Source: Lama guanicoe (lineage: Eukaryota). From it: a DNA stretch of 40,181 nt. Below the pieces are notes generated by a model that was not told where the DNA came from, did not search any database, and worked only from the letters and a program-made list of their open reading frames with translations. The position numbers were made by a program, and so were the translations under genes. This document shows positions 36,911-40,181 of this stretch, one piece after another (positions within the stretch are counted from its first letter, which is position 1; the number at the start of each line of letters is the position of its first letter). The stretch is taken from NCBI GenBank assembly GCA_013239625.1, contig PNXV01002595.1, positions 1 through 40,181 of the forward strand, in the 5' to 3' direction.

Positions 36911-38109
36911 GGAAACCTCCTTTCTAAATACCCATGTTCAAAAGTCGTTTACTTTCCCACTCATTGGCCGACCCCTTTTTAAGATCTGATTGGATTACCT
37001 TTATTTTTACCAGGCAAAGGGGCTGAGTAAGACTGAGGCACAGAAGTGCTGGCTCCACCATGTCCCTGCAGGGCAGTTCTCAGAGGCTTGTAGCCTTAGT
37101 GTTATCCTCAGTCCACAGCATCCTCACAGGACCATTGTAAGGCACTGCTGTAGTCTATGAAGGGCGAGCTAGTTAAAAGAAGATAGTGTAATCCACAAAT
37201 CCACTTACCTGGGCATATATAAACTAAAAGAGAATACAGCATCGATGGTACCCCCACCTAAGCTTCCAGCTATGGAATCCTCCCCCTCCCCCGGGACACC
37301 TTGAGACCACTGTGAGTCATGTGACTGACTTAAGGACTAAGAGAGAGGGCTCCCATGCCAAACAAAAAATTAAACGTTAGTCATTTAATCCTTTTTCTAG
37401 AGTAAGTTCTGATAATCTCTTTCCACACCTCAATGAATTATCTTATTCATCTTCTGACTGTGAGCATCACTCTGGAAACAACAGTTCTATACCGGATTTG
37501 AGTGTGTGGCACCGAAAGGCAAAGGAGTTTGTGATTTGACCTAACACCACAGTCATTCTGTGCTGATGCCCACATCATTAGAAATAGGTCTTTACACTCA
37601 CAGCTCCTGTGCCCACTAGGGGACAGTTCTATGTCAAGAATCCACAAGAAGTATATGCAGATAACTCAGAATCTCAAATAAAATTTCTGCTTCATTTTTT
37701 AAGTGTCTTTTTCCATTCCCTGGCTGCCCTTCTCCCACACACTTAACACAATAGCGTGCCTTCAGTACACATTCAATTTATAGTTTAGAATTAATTTTCA
37801 TCCAGTGTGCTCCCCTAGAGTAATGAGTGGTTAGTGAAAACAAATGCTCATAGGTACACACACAAACCAATATAGAGATGAAAGTTGTTCTCAAGACAGA
37901 AACGTCACCTAAGGGAACCGTAGCCCAAATATCACCCCTAAAGGCTCAACACAATGTCAGAAAACTCTGCCCCCAGTTATCCTTAACAGGTTCTTTTTAT
38001 TACACTCTCCTGGTTGGGATGTGAGTTTTGGGTACTTGACGCAGTAGTGCCTAACACATTATGTTAAAATCAGATTGCTAATGTTAATAGAATGATCTAT
38101 AATTCAGAG

Positions 38110-38310
38110 TTTAATTAGGAGGCTTAAGCTCTAAATGCCATAGGAATTAGAGAGACAGAGAGAGGAGAATGAGCTGGAGAAGCAAGGGATGTTTTCCTGG
38201 AGGGGAGCAAACTAATATGGACCTTGAGGGATGGTAGGACTTGCAGAGCTGAACAGAGAAAGAAGTTCCACGTGGGCAGAGAGACAGCTGTGGCATGATC
38301 CAGGCATGCG
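38110..38310 (-). mobile_element. L2 relic
   Basis: 'ttttcctggagggg...ggaccttgagggatggtaggacttg'. Confidence 0.5.
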
Positions 38311-39658
38311 CAGGGCTGGTGAGAAAGCCCCAGGACCAGGTTCAGGCCCAGGGAGTCCAGCGTGCGTGCTGGGTGCTCACCTGGGCCTGTTCTCCTAGAG
38401 GGGTCTTTAGTGCCTATTTCAGATGAAAATACCTTCCTGGAAGTGACAGCAATGTCAACTGAATTTTCATATCTCCCCATTAAACAACAAGGATGTGATT
38501 GGGCTGTTACATTTATGAGGCAGTTTTTGAAACCTCTTTAAAGATAATTGTCAGTTACTGCAGTAAAAATGTGCCCTTCGTGCGACTTTCCCCCAAAAGT
38601 CCCCCCAGTCTGGTGAATTTGTGGTTCTTGGCTTCTATCATCATATCCCATTAAGACTGAAATATGGAGAGATTTTAAGGGGCCCGGGGGCAGGGGTGGG
38701 GCAGAAAATAAATGCACGATGTTCCAACTGCTATTTAACATCATGGAATTGGAAGGAATAAGGTTAATGGACCGACCCAATGCCTATGCAACCTTCCTCA
38801 TTCCAAATGGTCTCTGGCACTTTTGATTTCCCACTGAAGGGATACAGCCTCCTCTGGAGGCTAGGAGCGTCCTCAGAGGCCGCTTTGTCTACCCTGTGAC
38901 TAAACCAGAATTTTTATGAATATCCTTGGCCTCTCCTCAGCTTTGAAAATGGTCTAGCCAACTTTTGTCGCATGGCCATGGGCATGGCCGTGGGCATGGC
39001 AATCGCAGGTCTTCAGTTTTTCCAAGGTGGTTTCTATGTCCCACACTCTGTGCCCCCATAAAATCTGGTACAAAGAATATAGGTTGAGAAATATGGCCAA
39101 TGCATTTAAGGGAAACTGCCTTCAATGTGCTCAGTGAAATAACTTTCATTTTACCACTAACATAAACCCATAACTAGACCTACTTATCTCCAATCATGAC
39201 AAGTCCCTCTGCTTCTCAGTTCTGTTCAGACATCACACGTGTGCTCAGAATGACTCTACACGGTGCTCCCCTCCGATAAAATTCTTCAAGAATCAAGTCA
39301 AGACCTCCTGGACAGTCTAAGGCCACAGGTCTCACCCTTTGCTCTTTCCCTTGAGTCCTTCTTGTCTGATCCACGTACCTTCACTCTTAACCAAGATCTG
39401 TAATTTATTTTTGACATGTGTGTCTGCCTTCACTCAGCTGCATGATGCTGAAGGCATATGCAAAATTTTAGTCTTTTTTAGTTCAGTTCTCTGAATCAAG
39501 GATCCTCCTAAGAGGACGGATCCAAGGACTCTCATAGACATCTGAACCTATGTAGATCCCACCCTCATGGACTTCCAACCAGATTCTGAGATCTTAGGAA
39601 GAGTGGATTTATTGAGGAAGAGTGGGGAAGCTATGAATTACTAGAGTCAGAGGCTAGA

Positions 39659-40110
39659 TGGTGGTGAACTGTTACGAATCATGCACCCCTGTATTCCTGT
39701 TCTTTTATAGCTTTCTTTCGTATTTATTCTTGGCTTTGACCTGTGATTTTCTTTGCCTATGGGACATTAACAACTATGAAACAAACAGAGGCTTGAAAAG
39801 TTTGCATAATGGGACTCGCTTTCTTGCGATGCTGCCACCATCACTTAAAAGAACCCATGATCCACTGGTTGGAGATACATGACTCAGCTGACATCAAGAA
39901 CAAACCACCAAGACATAAAAGACCATCTGAGACCATCCATTCCCAGTTAGCTGCCAGGTCTCTCCAGACACAGTGTGAAACCAGATGAGACCGAAGACAG
40001 CCATCCAGCTGAGTCCACCCCAAATTCCTGACCCACAAATAAAACGGTGGTTGTTTTTAAGCCACTAGGTTTTGGAACAGTTTGTTTCACATCAATGGAT
40101 AACTAACACA
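39659..40110 (+). mobile_element. MaLR MLT1 (MLT1H-like) solo LTR
   Basis: 'atgggacattaacaa...acagaggcttgaaaag...cagctgagtccacccaaattcctgacccaca...gttgtttttaagccactaggttttgg...ataactaacaca'. Confidence 0.85.
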
Positions 40111-40181
40111 TATTTTAAGCAGAACAGTAGCATGATCTACCTTAAGTTATAAAAGGACCTCTCTGGCTACTATGTGGACAC

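Noticed and set aside
38971..39000. Short catggc/catggg hexamer repeat
   Set aside because: About five degenerate units; ordinary slippage.
1..40181. Inferring a host gene strand from repeat orientation
   Set aside because: LTRs and L1s occur on both strands with no clear bias.

Overview
This is mammalian genomic DNA, most likely camelid (camel, alpaca or llama). The evidence is two copies of a tRNA-Ala-derived Vic-1-type SINE plus cetartiodactyl-type L1 3' ends; I recognised no ruminant, pig or primate SINEs. I can support no protein-coding exon, so the window looks intergenic or deep-intronic, and the ORFs in the track are chance frames or decayed retroelement frames. The largest element is an ancient, gag-deleted ERVL provirus (about 2.7-7.5 kb) with RT, RNase H, integrase and dUTPase remnants between LTR33-like LTRs. 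It carries a nested ERV1 solo LTR and a near-perfect 183/188-bp tandem duplication. The window also holds other solo LTRs, L1 pieces of several ages (one a compound inverted L1 with a nested SINE and a possible 3' transduction), L2/MIR relics and DNA-transposon MITEs. Several repeat-free blocks rich in homeodomain motifs look like conserved non-coding enhancers. Repeat family names come from my recall of consensus sequences, not from a search. I found no evidence for a new biological system; the best leads are structural retrotransposition events and candidate regulatory elements.
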